Shown: positions 52,225 to 62,025 of the stretch, in pieces | Layout: every line of letters begins with the position of its first letter | Numbering within the stretch: the first letter of the stretch is position 1 | Assembly (NCBI GenBank): GCA_963848135.1 | Contig: CAWKCK010000018.1 | Span: forward strand, 448,938 to 512,937 | Reading direction: 5' to 3' | Length of the DNA stretch: 64,000 nucleotides | Origin: an uncultured delta proteobacterium | Lineage (GTDB): Bacteria; Desulfobacterota; Desulfobacteria; Desulfobacterales; SG8-13 | The notes under the pieces: model-generated | What the model was told of the DNA's origin: nothing | Seen by the model: only the letters and a program-made list of their open reading frames with translations | Database searches by the model: none | Made by a program: the position numbers and the translations under genes

Positions 52225-52992
52225 ATGGTCGAAACCGGTATCATCCTCGAACTCGAAAACATCACCAAACACTACGGTGACCAGATGGTCCTCAAGCGGG
52301 TATCCTTGTCTCTGCGCAAGGGCGACATCAAAGTGATCATCGGCCCTTCCGGTGCCGGGAAGAGCACTTTGCTGCACTGCATAAATTTTCTGACCAGGGT
52401 GGATGGCGGCCTTATCAGACTGCGGGATCAGGAAATCAACTTCCACCGCAAGCGCGAACTCTACGCTTACCGCCAGAAAATCGGTATGATATTTCAGGAT
52501 TTCAACCTGTTTGACCACCTGACGGCTTTGGAAAATGTACAGATCGGCCTGGTTCGGGTGAAAAAACTCCCCAAACCCAAAGCCCGCATGATTGCTACCA
52601 GGGAGCTGGAACGGGTGGGATTAAAGGACCACGTGCAGAAATATCCGGCAGAGCTCTCGGGTGGTCAGAAACAACGGGTGTCCATTGCCAGGGCATTGGC
52701 CATGGAACCGGAAATCATGCTGCTGGATGAGCCAACCTCCTCACTTGATCCGGAACTTACCGGTGAGGTACTGGCCGTTATTCGCGACCTGGCCGCCGGT
52801 GGCATGACCATGTTGATGGCCACGCACCAAATCGAGTTTGCTGCCTCTCTGGCTGACGATATCATATTCATGGAGAACGGTGTCATCGTGGAGGAAGGGC
52901 CGGCCAGAAAAGTTCTTTTTGATGCCGACTGTGATAGGACGCGTGAATTTTGCGCCCGAATCCGCGGTTTGGAACAGGGAAGGTCATCGTGA
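52225..52992 (+). CDS. Amino acid ABC transporter ATP-binding protein
   Basis: GPSGAGKS, LSGGQKQR, LLDEPTS. Confidence 0.93.
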   Translation: MVETGIILELENITKHYGDQMVLKRVSLSLRKGDIKVIIGPSGAGKSTLLHCINFLTRVDGGLIRLRDQEINFHRKRELYAYRQKIGMIFQDFNLFDHLTALENVQIGLVRVKKLPKPKARMIATRELERVGLKDHVQKYPAELSGGQKQRVSIARALAMEPEIMLLDEPTSSLDPELTGEVLAVIRDLAAGGMTMLMATHQIEFAASLADDIIFMENGVIVEEGPARKVLFDADCDRTREFCARIRGLEQGRSS

Positions 52993-53666
52993 TCGAAGAA
53001 TTGCTTTTCATCCAACAGGAAGTCGCACCGGCGATGCTGCGGGGACTCTGGATGAGCATACTTCTCATTCTTCCCTCGGCAGTCATCGGCCTGACGATCG
53101 GTGTCGCCACGGGACTTATACGCGTATACGGCCACCGTTTCTTCAGAACAATCGCCGATGGATATGTGCTGTTCTTTCGCGGGTTCCCGCTGCTGGTGCA
53201 ACTCTACCTCTGGTATTTCGGCTTACCTCACATCGGCATCTACCTCAGTCCTTATACCGCGGCTGTCATCGGGTTTTCCCTTTGCAGCGGCGCGTACCAT
53301 TCAGAGTACGTACGCGGCGCGCTCCTCTCTATAAAAAACGGTCAAATGCTGGCGGCCAAATCCATCGGTTTCAGCCGCATAGGGGCCATTTTCACCATCA
53401 TCCTGCCCCAGGCTTTCCGCAGGGCACTACCCGGCAGCGGCAACGAACTGATTTATCTGATCAAGTATTCTTCTCTGGCGTACATGGTCACCTGCATCGA
53501 ATTGACCGGTGAAGCCAAGATCCTGGCATCGTCCTATTTCAAGTATATGGAAATATTTATGATTGCCGGCGCAGTCTACCTGCTGCTGGTATCCCTGGCA
53601 ACCTGGGCCTTAAACTGTCTGGAGGACGCCATCGCCGTACCGGGATTCGCGCGCATCCGCAGCTGA
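52989..53666 (+). CDS. Amino acid ABC transporter permease
   Basis: GTGA overlap; FRGFPLLVQL, AYHSEYVRGAL, ILPQAFR. Confidence 0.92.
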   Translation: MIEELLFIQQEVAPAMLRGLWMSILLILPSAVIGLTIGVATGLIRVYGHRFFRTIADGYVLFFRGFPLLVQLYLWYFGLPHIGIYLSPYTAAVIGFSLCSGAYHSEYVRGALLSIKNGQMLAAKSIGFSRIGAIFTIILPQAFRRALPGSGNELIYLIKYSSLAYMVTCIELTGEAKILASSYFKYMEIFMIAGAVYLLLVSLATWALNCLEDAIAVPGFARIRS

Positions 53667-53683
53667 AAAGAAGCATATAAAAG

Positions 53684-54415
53684 ATGCTGCCTGAATACAA
53701 ACCCATCAGCGACACCGTGGCTGCAGAAATCCGCTCGGCAGTGGGCGCCGACGGTGTCCTCTTCGATGCGGAAACCCTGCGTATCTGTGCCAAAGATACC
53801 TCAGAGTTAGTGCACGTGCCTGAAATGGTCGTACAGCCTGACACCCCCGAAAAAGTTGTCCGCCTACTGCTGCTGGCCAATCGATATCATTTTCCGGTCA
53901 CCCCCCGCGGCGCCGGCACTGGCTTGGTGGGTGGTGCCCTGGCGGCCCATGGCGGCGTCGTTTGCTCCCTGGCGGCTATGAACCGGATACGAAAGGTGGA
54001 CACCCGAAACCTTGTTGCCGAGGTAGAGCCGGGAGTAATCACCCACGATCTGCGTCAAGTACGGCACAACCCGCGATTACATCCTTGGACTGGAGGCGGT
54101 GCTACCCAACGGGAACCTCATTCATACCGGTGTGAAAACCCGCAAAGGCGTCGTCGGCTACGACATGACCCATCTGATCGTCGGCTCGGAAGGCACCCTG
54201 GGGGTGATTACCGGTCTGATCCTCAAGCTTATTCCGCTTCGGGGGAACACGGTATCGGCATGGCCATAATGCCGTTTATCGACATGGAGCTGTCACTGGA
54301 ATCCATCCGCCTTCAGATGGAAATCAAGCGGCTCTTCGACCCGAATTTAATTCTTAACCCCGGAAAAATTTTCGATTGGTCCGGGGGTCCAAAAACCAAA
54401 CGAACTCACCGGTAG
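53684..54415 (+). pseudogene. FAD-linked oxidase (GlcD/D-lactate dehydrogenase-like) with two internal deletions
   Basis: PRGAGTGLVGGA; out-of-frame middle KYGTTRDY...GSEGTLGVIT; jumps to SGEHGIG...FDPNLILNPGKIF. Confidence 0.85.
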
Positions 54416-54439
54416 TGCCCGGACGAAACAGGTAAAAAC

Positions 54440-55657
54440 ATGAAGCATTCCAAGCCAACAAACCGGCAACCAAAACAGAAACCGATTACCCGTCGGGTCG
54501 AACGGATCCCGGCCTCGGATACCAAACAGATGCCGATGCTGGCTGCCCGTATCGGCGGCTGTGTTTCGCTGGGCCAGGGCGTGCCTTCATTTGAAACCCC
54601 GGCCCACATCACAGAAGCCGTCTGCAAAGCCCTGCGGGACGAGCCTGCCAGCGGAAAGTATTCCCTTCAGCCCGGCATGCGGCCACTGCGCATGGCCATC
54701 GCCGAAACCCTGGAAAAAGAAAAAGGCATCCTTGCCGATCCGGATAGCGAAATTGCGGTCACCGTAGGTGCCATGGAAGGCCTGCTAACAGCCATTCTCG
54801 CCTTGGTCGAGCGCGGAGACGAAGTCATCCTACCGGCACCGACCTACGCCTCTTATATCGAGCAGGTGCTGCTGGCCGAAGGCAAACCGGTGTTCGTTCC
54901 CTTGCGGACCGCAGACTGGAGCCTGGACGTAGACGCGATCGAAAAAGCAATCACAAACAAAACCCGACTGATTATCGTGTGTAACCCTTCAAATCCCACC
55001 GGGGCTGTTTTTGCCGACGATGACGTCCGCCACTTGGCAGAATGTGTAAGCAAACACGGCATCTATCTCCTATCAGACGAAACATATGACTATTTGACCT
55101 ATGAGAGTCCTGTACCGATCAGCCCGGCCGCGCTGCCGGGCATGTCCGAGAAGGTCATATCGGTTTTCTCTTTTTCAAAAAAGTACGCTATGACCGGCTG
55201 GCGTGTGGGATATATCACTGCGCCCCGATCGCTGATGGCTGGCATGATGAAAGTGCACGATGTCGCGGCCATCTGCGCACCGGTACCATCCCAGCATGCC
55301 GCTCTGGCCGCCCTAACCGGACCGGTGGATCCGATCCGGCAGATGCGGGAGGCACTCAACGCTCGCCGCAAGCTTTGCTGCCGGCGACTCGATGCACTGA
55401 CAGATTTCTTTGACTATGTCGCTCCCCGAGGTGCTTTCTACATCATGGCCCGTTACCACTTTACCGACACCCCTAGCCGGGAAACGGCCGTTCACCTCCT
55501 TAATGAGGCCCGGGTAATCACGATTCCCGGAGGCTCATTTGGTCCGGGTGGAGAGGGACACCTGCGCCTGTCCTACGGGGGAACAGTAGAAGAAATCGAA
55601 ACGGCCTTCGATCGCATCGACGCCTGGCTCAATCATAAGGGACAGCGCATTACTTAA
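54440..55657 (+). CDS. PLP-dependent aminotransferase class I/II
   Basis: CNPSNPTG, SDETY, SFSKKYAMTGWRVG. Confidence 0.93.
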   Translation: MKHSKPTNRQPKQKPITRRVERIPASDTKQMPMLAARIGGCVSLGQGVPSFETPAHITEAVCKALRDEPASGKYSLQPGMRPLRMAIAETLEKEKGILADPDSEIAVTVGAMEGLLTAILALVERGDEVILPAPTYASYIEQVLLAEGKPVFVPLRTADWSLDVDAIEKAITNKTRLIIVCNPSNPTGAVFADDDVRHLAECVSKHGIYLLSDETYDYLTYESPVPISPAALPGMSEKVISVFSFSKKYAMTGWRVGYITAPRSLMAGMMKVHDVAAICAPVPSQHAALAALTGPVDPIRQMREALNARRKLCCRRLDALTDFFDYVAPRGAFYIMARYHFTDTPSRETAVHLLNEARVITIPGGSFGPGGEGHLRLSYGGTVEEIETAFDRIDAWLNHKGQRIT

Positions 55658-55830
55658 ACACGAATTCCTTTTTGAACTGGGCGGAATTCTACAAACCGGC
55701 CATTTCCCGGTTCCTGCGGGGCATGATTGAAATCCCCAGTGAAAGTTGTCAGGAAAAAGAAATCGTTCTGTATCCGCCGGTAATCAGTGGGCAGGATATA
55801 AAAATGCGGTGCTAAGAAAAGGAAAAAACA

Positions 55831-57291
55831 GTGATCGATCTCAACATAAATTCCCCAATTCGCGATAAAAACATCGACTACTGCCGATCAAAAAATATCA
55901 CCCTACCCACCTTTGATATGATGATTCATCCGCACAAAGTGCCGCGAAAAGTTAAGGACCAACTGAAGCACATCGGTTTGTGGGATATCCATCCGGCCAA
56001 CCTGTATCGCATCTGCTGGAAAAACGAACCACAGGATTCCGGAGGCCTGTTCAGCGAAGTCAACCACAGGGTGTTGCCGTCGGAACTCACCGGCTGCCGA
56101 GCAACGATCGTTGTCCTTGTCGGTCGCTGGTTTCCTACCGGTGCACACAAAGTGGGGGCGACATTCGGCTGCCTGGTGCCTCGGCTGGTAACCGGTCAAT
56201 TCGACCCGCAGGAAACTAAGGCCGTCTGGCCCTCCACCGGTAATTACTGCCGCGGCGGCGCCTATCTGTCGGCCCTATTGGCCTGCCGCGCCATTGCCAT
56301 CCTGCCTGAAGGAATGTCAAAGGAGCGTTTCGATTGGCTGCAGCATATCGCTGGAGAAGTCATTGCCACTCCGGGTAGCGAGTCAAACGTGAAGGAAATC
56401 TTCGACAAGTGTTGGGAGCTGCGCGCATCCGGAGAAAATCTGCAGATCTTCAACCAGTTTGACGAACTCGGCAATCCCATCTGGCACTTCGCCGTGACCG
56501 GTCGGGCCATTGAAGAGATCCTTCAGCCTCACCTCGGGCGGGGAAAGCGTCTGGCAGGTTACGTTGCGTCCTCCGGTTCCGGGGGCACCCTCGGCGCCGG
56601 TTACTACCTCAAGAAACAATTTCCACGAACCAAGCTGGTGGTCGGTGAAGCCCTTCAATGTCCGACATTGCTGCAAAACGGCTTCGGAGACCACCGTATC
56701 GAAGGCATCGGAGACAAGCACGTTCCCTGGGTCCATGACTGTAAGGAAACCGATTTCGTCGTCGCCATAGACGACGAAGTCCCCATGCGGCTACTGCGCC
56801 TGTTCAATGAAGAAAAGGGGCGCACGGCCTTGGTCGCCGAAGCTGTTCCTGGGGAGCTGGTTTCCGAGCTCGACCTACTGGGTATTTCCGGAATCGGCAA
56901 TTTGATCGGCGCAATCAAATTTGCCAAATACAGTGAACTGACGGAAGAGGACATCGTCGTCACCATTGCCACGGATTCCATGGCGCTCTATGGATCTCGG
57001 CTGCAAGAGCTCTCTGAGGAACGTGGACCGTACACGAATGCGGATGCCCAGCGAGATATCGAACTTGCAAAATCGATCACCTTAGACCATGTCAAGGAGC
57101 TTTCCTATTACGATCGCAAAGCCATCCACAACCTCAAATACTTCACCTGGATCGAACAGCAGGGCCGCGACATTAATGAACTCAATGAACAGTGGTACGG
57201 GCATGATCCTTACTGGAACGGCACGTTCAATCAGGTCGAACGGATCGACGCGTTGATCGATGAATTCAACGGCAAGGTGGGGCTGCTTTAA
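55831..57291 (+). CDS. Fold-type II PLP-dependent enzyme (cysteine/threonine synthase-like)
   Basis: TGAHKVGA (PLP lysine), PSTGNY, SGSGGT, HRIEGIG. Confidence 0.8.
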   Translation: MIDLNINSPIRDKNIDYCRSKNITLPTFDMMIHPHKVPRKVKDQLKHIGLWDIHPANLYRICWKNEPQDSGGLFSEVNHRVLPSELTGCRATIVVLVGRWFPTGAHKVGATFGCLVPRLVTGQFDPQETKAVWPSTGNYCRGGAYLSALLACRAIAILPEGMSKERFDWLQHIAGEVIATPGSESNVKEIFDKCWELRASGENLQIFNQFDELGNPIWHFAVTGRAIEEILQPHLGRGKRLAGYVASSGSGGTLGAGYYLKKQFPRTKLVVGEALQCPTLLQNGFGDHRIEGIGDKHVPWVHDCKETDFVVAIDDEVPMRLLRLFNEEKGRTALVAEAVPGELVSELDLLGISGIGNLIGAIKFAKYSELTEEDIVVTIATDSMALYGSRLQELSEERGPYTNADAQRDIELAKSITLDHVKELSYYDRKAIHNLKYFTWIEQQGRDINELNEQWYGHDPYWNGTFNQVERIDALIDEFNGKVGLL

Positions 57292-57319
57292 TATCACAAG
57301 CCATTCACCCCGGGCCGTC

Positions 57320-57713
57320 GAGATGCCGTTTGGTAACATGTGCGGGTTAAGACCCTGAAAAAACGGACCGCTTTGTACGGTGAGGGCGATATGGCGGGAA
57401 TCAAGGCCCTGGAAAAAGAACTGCTGGCCCAGAACGCCGAATTCAAAGAGTGGGAGTACACCGAAAAAATAAAAAAGTCGACCCAGACGGCAAATCCCTT
57501 TACATGCACTGCCTGCCGGCAGACATCACCGGCGTGAGTTGCCGCGCAGGCGAAGTCGCCGCCTCCGTCTTCGATCGCTACCGGGATCCGCTGTATGCCC
57601 AGGCCGGCTGCAAGCCATATATCATTGCCGCAATGATACTCTTGGCCCGGTTCGACGGCCTGGCGGCAAAACTCTTCCACCGATTGCAAGAAGGACGAAT
57701 GCGTGTCTGGTAA
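57320..57713 (+). pseudogene. ygeW: C-terminal remnant of YgeW-type carbamoyltransferase
   Basis: LEKELLAQNA.FKEWE then, after a frameshift, YMHCLPADITGVSC..GEVAASVFDRYR. Confidence 0.7.
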
Positions 57714-57966
57714 GCTTCCTATTTGCAGTTTAACGATACATATCAATCTATTAGATTTATATGACGCCGGTTTCGAATTGGCTCTCATTGTAATTCCAGT
57801 GTATATGTTATCCTCGGCTGCCCCTTGACAGGTTGGGTTTCTTGCTAGTATTGCTAGGCTGGTACTGTATCGATTCTCAAGTGCCGAAATCATAAATTAC
57901 CTGCCGCTGGTGATTAACGGAATACGTCTGTGCTCTCAGGGCGGCATTGGGTTGTGGAAACATGCC

Positions 57967-58482
57967 ATGCGAGGATTCGTCCAAGTATATACCGGAAACG
58001 GCAAAGGGAAGACGACCGCGGCCCTGGGCCTGGCCATTCGAGCGGCCGGTGCCGGATTGAAGACCTTCATCGGACAGTTCATCAAGATGGGAGAGTACAG
58101 CGAGATTAAGGCGCTCTCCCGATTTTCCGATTTGATCACCGTTGAGCAGTTCGGGAAGGGACGGTTCGTGAACAACAAGCCATCTCCCGAGGACATATTG
58201 CTCTGCCGCCAGGGTCTAGCAAAGGTACGAGAGGTCATCTCATCTGGAGACTACAGTATCATTATACTCGAGGAGGCCAATGTGGCCGTAAAGTATGGCC
58301 TGATTCAGGTCAGTGAACTCGTCGAACTGATCATCCATAAACCCGAACCGATAGAGCTCGTCATAACAGGCCGTGGTGCCAGCGATCGCGTCATCGCGTT
58401 GGCTGACCTGGTGACGGAAATGAAGGCCATCAAGCACTACTACCAGAAAGGCGTAAAATCGCGCGTCGGAATCGAAAAGTGA
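57967..58482 (+). CDS. cobO: Cob(I)alamin adenosyltransferase (CobO/BtuR family)
   Basis: VQVYTGNGKGKTTAALG, QFIK, ELVITGR, ADLVTEM..IKHYY. Confidence 0.9.
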   Translation: MRGFVQVYTGNGKGKTTAALGLAIRAAGAGLKTFIGQFIKMGEYSEIKALSRFSDLITVEQFGKGRFVNNKPSPEDILLCRQGLAKVREVISSGDYSIIILEEANVAVKYGLIQVSELVELIIHKPEPIELVITGRGASDRVIALADLVTEMKAIKHYYQKGVKSRVGIEK

Positions 58483-58522
58483 CCGGGTCACTGCTGGTCC
58501 ACCGTCTAACGAATGATGATAC

Positions 58523-59194
58523 ATGCCGATGAACACTTGTCAGTTAAATCAGCGTAAATGGCTGTCCGATATCACTTTCGAGGTTGAATTGAACCGCCCG
58601 TCCGGTTTCGAATTTTTAGCGGGTCAGAATATCTGTTTTCATTTCCAGAGTGTAGAGAGATATTACGCCCCGTTATCTTCGCCTGCTGACCCCTATTTAA
58701 AGCTATGCGTTTATCTTATTGAGAGCGGCATCTTCACTCCGGTCCTGGCAACGGCCGACATCGGAAGCCCGTTTACTTTCACCGGGCCGCATGGCCATTT
58801 TGTCTTCAGGCCTTCCGACCGCAAGCCGATATTCGTGGCGACCGGTACCGGAATCGCTCCCTTCCTGTCAATGGCGCAATCGGGGATCAGAGGCTTCTCG
58901 CTGCTTCACATCGTGCCCCGGGATGAAGATTTATACTACCGGGAATACCTCGAAGATACGGCAGATGAGTATGTACCCTGTATTCCGGACGCAGGTCGTC
59001 AGGCAGAAGATATGCTGACGCTACCCGCCGATAAAGCCCTTGATTACCTGACGCAACACCTTCCGGTCGATGCGTACGATTTCTACCTGTGCGGCAATCA
59101 GACCATGATCCGTGATGTGACCCTTTTTGTCGACAACCGATACCCGGACTCTATGGTGTATACTGAAGTTTTCTATCGTTCCAGTAGGTCCTGA
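58523..59194 (+). CDS. Ferredoxin-NADP reductase-like FAD/NAD(P)-binding oxidoreductase
   Basis: F.AGQ, RYY, GPHG.F, ATGTGIAPF, YLCGN, terminal EVF. Confidence 0.85.
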   Translation: MPMNTCQLNQRKWLSDITFEVELNRPSGFEFLAGQNICFHFQSVERYYAPLSSPADPYLKLCVYLIESGIFTPVLATADIGSPFTFTGPHGHFVFRPSDRKPIFVATGTGIAPFLSMAQSGIRGFSLLHIVPRDEDLYYREYLEDTADEYVPCIPDAGRQAEDMLTLPADKALDYLTQHLPVDAYDFYLCGNQTMIRDVTLFVDNRYPDSMVYTEVFYRSSRS

Positions 59195-59207
59195 CAGGAC
59201 GCCGTCT

Positions 59208-60722
59208 TCAAGAACCGCTGCACAGAATGGCATCGAGTTTTTTATTGAGTAAATCGGGATCGAGGGGTTTAAGCATGTAACCGTCGAACCCGGATGCTCG
59301 GGCCTTTTCCTCGGTCAGGTCAAATTCACTCGCCGTCACTGCCAGCAACGGTGGCGCCTTACGCCCCGATTCTTCCAAACGCCGTATTTCTTCCGCCAAA
59401 CCGAACCCGTCCATAACCGGCATTTCGATGTCGGTGAGAACAAGATCGTAATCGGTGGTTTGGTATTTTGCCAATGCGTCACGCCCGTTCACCGCCGAAT
59501 CGGTTGTGAAACCCAGGGCGGTGAGTTGATTGCGCATGATTTCAAGGTTGATCTCATTGTCATCGACCACGAGAACGTGTGTGATCTTTTTCCGCTGATC
59601 ATCGGTACATGTCATACCGGCGAGCAGCGCCTGGCGCTCCTCCTCATGATCCGCGTAGGTCAGAGCGATGTTGCGAAACACCGCATTTATTTTTAGGAAA
59701 GCATCCACGATATCCGGGTCGAAGTGTTTGCCTTTGCCGTCTGAAATTATGCGAACGGCCTCCTCGTGAGGCATCGGTGGTTTGTAAACCCGTTTGCTGA
59801 TCAGCGCATCATAGACGTCGGCCACGGCCATCAGGCGACCGGATATGGGTATCTTGTCGCCTTTCAATCCTCGGGGGTATCCGGATCCGTCCCACTTCTC
59901 CTGGTGGGTGTAGGCTATCTGGCGTGCATGTCGCAAAAACGTGCTTTTACCGAGTTTCTGTTCGGTAATGTGCAGGGCGTCATGCCCATATTTGGTGTGA
60001 TTCTTCATCTCCCCGAATTCATCCTCATCCAGTTTGCCGGCTTTGAGCAGGATGTTGTCACGGACCCCAACTTTGCCAATGTCGTGCAGCGGGGCCGAGA
60101 GGTAGAGCAGGTCGATGGTTTCGTCATCCAGCTCCTCCCGAAATCGCGGGTGGTTTTTCAGGGCGGAGGCGAGCGCTTTCACGTAGTTTTGCGTCCGCTT
60201 GATGTGGCCCCCGGTCTCGGGGTCGCGATACTCGGCCAAAGTGCCCAGACTTTCGATCATTACCGCCTGGGTCAATTGCAGTTCCCGGGTTTTTTCCCGG
60301 ACCATATCCTCGAGACTGTCCCGGTAGCGCTTCAACTCCAAATGGTTGCCAACGCGTGCCCTTACCAAATCCGGATTAATCGGCTTTGTGATATAGTCCA
60401 CCGCCCCGAGGGCCAGTCCCCTGGCCTCGTCCTCGGCATCGGCCAGTGCAGTAAGGAAAATCACCGGGAGGTGCCGGGTAGATTCACTCCCTTTGAGACG
60501 GCGGCACACTTCGTAACCGTCCATCCCCGGCATCATGATGTCGAGAAGGACCAGATCCGGTAAAGTCTTCTCCACGATCGACAAAGCTGTGTTGCCATCC
60601 TTGGCGATAAGCAGCCGGTAACCGCACCCATCCAAGGTTTGCCGCAGCACCTGAAGATTGGCGCTCGTATCGTCCACCAACAAAATCTTGGGCTCTTGTA
60701 CCCGGTTCGTGTCATCGGTCAT
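59208..60722 (-). CDS. REC-HD-GYP-REC cyclic dinucleotide phosphodiesterase response regulator
   Basis: ETGGHIKR, LHDIGK, HQEKWDGSGYP, ADVYDAL; REC domains at both ends. Confidence 0.92.
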   Translation of the reverse strand: MTDDTNRVQEPKILLVDDTSANLQVLRQTLDGCGYRLLIAKDGNTALSIVEKTLPDLVLLDIMMPGMDGYEVCRRLKGSESTRHLPVIFLTALADAEDEARGLALGAVDYITKPINPDLVRARVGNHLELKRYRDSLEDMVREKTRELQLTQAVMIESLGTLAEYRDPETGGHIKRTQNYVKALASALKNHPRFREELDDETIDLLYLSAPLHDIGKVGVRDNILLKAGKLDEDEFGEMKNHTKYGHDALHITEQKLGKSTFLRHARQIAYTHQEKWDGSGYPRGLKGDKIPISGRLMAVADVYDALISKRVYKPPMPHEEAVRIISDGKGKHFDPDIVDAFLKINAVFRNIALTYADHEEERQALLAGMTCTDDQRKKITHVLVVDDNEINLEIMRNQLTALGFTTDSAVNGRDALAKYQTTDYDLVLTDIEMPVMDGFGLAEEIRRLEESGRKAPPLLAVTASEFDLTEEKARASGFDGYMLKPLDPDLLNKKLDAILCSGS

Positions 60723-60779
60723 CTTGAAACATCTCCCCCTGTTATCCTTCGGATTCGGCCCGAATATTTCGCCACAATT

Positions 60780-61967
60780 TCATTCGACAGTGGCAAGCAG
60801 CATCGCCACGTCGTCTTCGGGTGGACGTCCAGCTGAAAAAGTGCCTAAGTCTTCGACAATACGGGAGAGAATCCTGCGGGGATCGTTTATCTCCGGTGGC
60901 TCCAATTGCCGGCAGAGTCTTTCTTCACCATAGGGACGATTCCGTATGTCGAATCGTTCGGTGACACCATCGGTGTAAAGCAGGAACCGATCGCCCTTCT
61001 CCAATGCAATCGTTGAAACCGGGACGTTTTTGTAAACATCGACCCCCATTAAGAATACACCGTCACAAGCCAATTCTCGTGCTTTCCCCTCTGACGGGCG
61101 AAACAGGATCGGCAGGGGATGTCCGGCACGGGCGATCTGAAGCGTGCGGTCTGCATCGTCGTACAGGCCGTAAATGGCCGTCACGAAACTCTCCTTGTTC
61201 ACGTTGCAGAGATTGTGGTTGATGTAGTCGATGACCTTTCCCGGTTGGCCGTGTAATTCCGGGCAGGAACGAAACAGAGCGCAGGTCATGGCCATCATCA
61301 CCGCCGCCGGAGCGCTGTGGCCTTCGGCATCGGCGACAAGCAAACCACAACGACCATCGTTGAGTTTGACGACATCGAAATAGTCACCCCCGGCGTAAAG
61401 ACTGGTGTCATAGTATACCGCAAGATTCATTCCCGGAACATCAGGCAGTGTCTTCGGCAACAACTCCCGCTGAAGGTTGGAAACGACTTTGAGTTCGTGC
61501 ACCAGTCGATCCCGCTGGGTTTGAACCTCCCGCGCCAGGCGGTGAAGGGTCAAATGGGTATTAACCCTGGCAATGACTTCTTCAGGTTGAAAAGGTTTCG
61601 ATACGAAATCTACGGCACCAAGCTGGAGGCCCTTTACCTTGTCGGCTGTGTCATCCAGGGCCGAAAGAAAGATGACCGGAATCGGACGGGTTACCGGATC
61701 CGTTTTCAACCGCCGGCAAACCTCAAAACCGTCAATGCCGGGCATCATGATGTCCAACAGAATCAGGTCTGGCAGGGTTTTCTTGGTAATCTCCAGGGCC
61801 GCTTTGCCGGTTTTTGCCACCAAGAGTCTGAGCCCCGGCTTGTCGAGCAGCTGATAGAGCATTTGGAGGTTGACCGGATTGTCGTCCACCAGCAGGAGCT
61901 TTCCTCCGATGTTATTGTCATCCGTGACCGTTTTCGTTTCAATCGACATCTGCAGCCCTGTGAACAA
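60780..61967 (-). CDS. REC-SpoIIE/PP2C serine phosphatase
   Basis: REC, GGDYFD, ADAEGH, RAGHP, YTDGVTE, DDVA. Confidence 0.92.
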   Translation of the reverse strand: MFTGLQMSIETKTVTDDNNIGGKLLLVDDNPVNLQMLYQLLDKPGLRLLVAKTGKAALEITKKTLPDLILLDIMMPGIDGFEVCRRLKTDPVTRPIPVIFLSALDDTADKVKGLQLGAVDFVSKPFQPEEVIARVNTHLTLHRLAREVQTQRDRLVHELKVVSNLQRELLPKTLPDVPGMNLAVYYDTSLYAGGDYFDVVKLNDGRCGLLVADAEGHSAPAAVMMAMTCALFRSCPELHGQPGKVIDYINHNLCNVNKESFVTAIYGLYDDADRTLQIARAGHPLPILFRPSEGKARELACDGVFLMGVDVYKNVPVSTIALEKGDRFLLYTDGVTERFDIRNRPYGEERLCRQLEPPEINDPRRILSRIVEDLGTFSAGRPPEDDVAMLLATVE

Positions 61968-62025
61968 GCGTTATCTTTGACCTGAATATATAATGAATAT
62001 TTTTAGAGCACGCCTGCGTTGGAGT

